Shown here piece after piece: positions 32,381 through 32,663 of a stretch of DNA of 32,663 bases (positions within the stretch are counted from its first letter, which is position 1; each line of letters begins with the position of its first letter). A program made the position numbers and the translations under genes. The stretch is from IMG/VR virus record IMGVR_UViG_3300000352_000001, positions 1 through 32,663 of that record; one strand, written 5' to 3'. The DNA comes from a virus. The notes below the pieces were generated by a model. It did no database searches. It was not told where the DNA came from and was given only the letters and a program-made list of their open reading frames with translations.

Positions 32381-32663
32381 CTATCCTCCCATGGTTTCGC
32401 TATTATTTAGTTTAACAGCTTTTTGCTTTGTCATTTCTTCCCATCTATTGATGATCACATCAACATACTTTGGGTCTAGTTCGGACATGTAACATGTTCG
32501 GTTCATTTGTTCAGCTACGATGAGTGTGGTTCCAGATCCACCAAATGGATCCAAGATAGTTTCGTCAGGGTTGCTGCTGTTTTGCATCAATCTAGCGATG
32601 AGCTTAACTGGCTTCATTGTAGGATGCTCTGCACTCTTCGTTGGTTTGTCGTATCGAAGTACA
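32381..32663 (-). CDS. C-terminal part of the ParB-domain/DNA methyltransferase fusion; the same gene as 1..1081 read across the circular junction
   Basis: LDPFGGSGTT (motif I). The frame is continuous with 1..1081 once the 101-bp overlap is collapsed. Confidence 0.9.
   Translation of the reverse strand, partial: VLRYDKPTKSAEHPTMKPVKLIARLMQNSSNPDETILDPFGGSGTTLIVAEQMNRTCYMSELDPKYVDVIINRWEEMTKQKAVKLNNSETMGG
32563..32663. repeat. Terminal direct overlap, identical to 1-101
   Basis: Direct comparison of the two window ends. Confidence 0.95.

Noticed and set aside
1-32663. tRNA genes, a CRISPR array, or a reverse transcriptase/DGR or retron
   Set aside because: Non-coding gaps are too short and lack cloverleaf potential. 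There is no RT-like ORF and no template/variable repeat pair near the fibre genes.

Overview
The window is a complete, circularly closed dsDNA tailed-phage genome. Bases 1-101 are identical to 32563-32663, so the unique length is about 32,562 bp, and one gene reads straight across the junction. Every credible gene is on the minus strand, and the plus-strand ORFs in the track are antisense shadows.

In transcription order (descending coordinates) the modules are:
- An HNH endonuclease, then a GC-rich gap that may be the cos site.
- A methylation island: a ParB-domain/DNA methyltransferase fusion, a 53-aa ORF and a full-length SAM synthetase (MetK).
- A P27-type TerS, TerL, HK97-type portal, prohead protease and major capsid.
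- Head-tail joining genes, major tail protein, G/GT chaperones with an A_AAA_AAC -1 slippery site, tape measure, Dit and Tal.
- Tail fibres and a Listeria-Bacteroides-repeat protein.
- Membrane proteins, then a rho-independent terminator.
- A consensus promoter driving an early operon of small ORFs.
- HTH regulators, a minimal tyrosine recombinase and replication-initiation genes.
- An ASCH protein with an MT-A70 methylase, two tandem HNH homing endonucleases, and a truncated methylase.

The most interesting signal is a 72-nt element present three times (one substitution in total). It exactly fills three consecutive intergenic gaps of the early operon. On the transcribed strand it carries the full catalytic core of a type II hammerhead self-cleaving ribozyme: CUGAUGA, GAAA, and a GUC cleavage site between an 8-bp stem III and a 6-bp stem I. 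The Shine-Dalgarno of each downstream ORF lies at the end of, or just 3' of, the ribozyme's 3' tail.

Other notable points are the phage-encoded MetK alongside three methylase genes, the absence of any recognisable endolysin, and a catalytic-domain-only tyrosine recombinase. All functional calls come from motif reading by eye; no searches were run.
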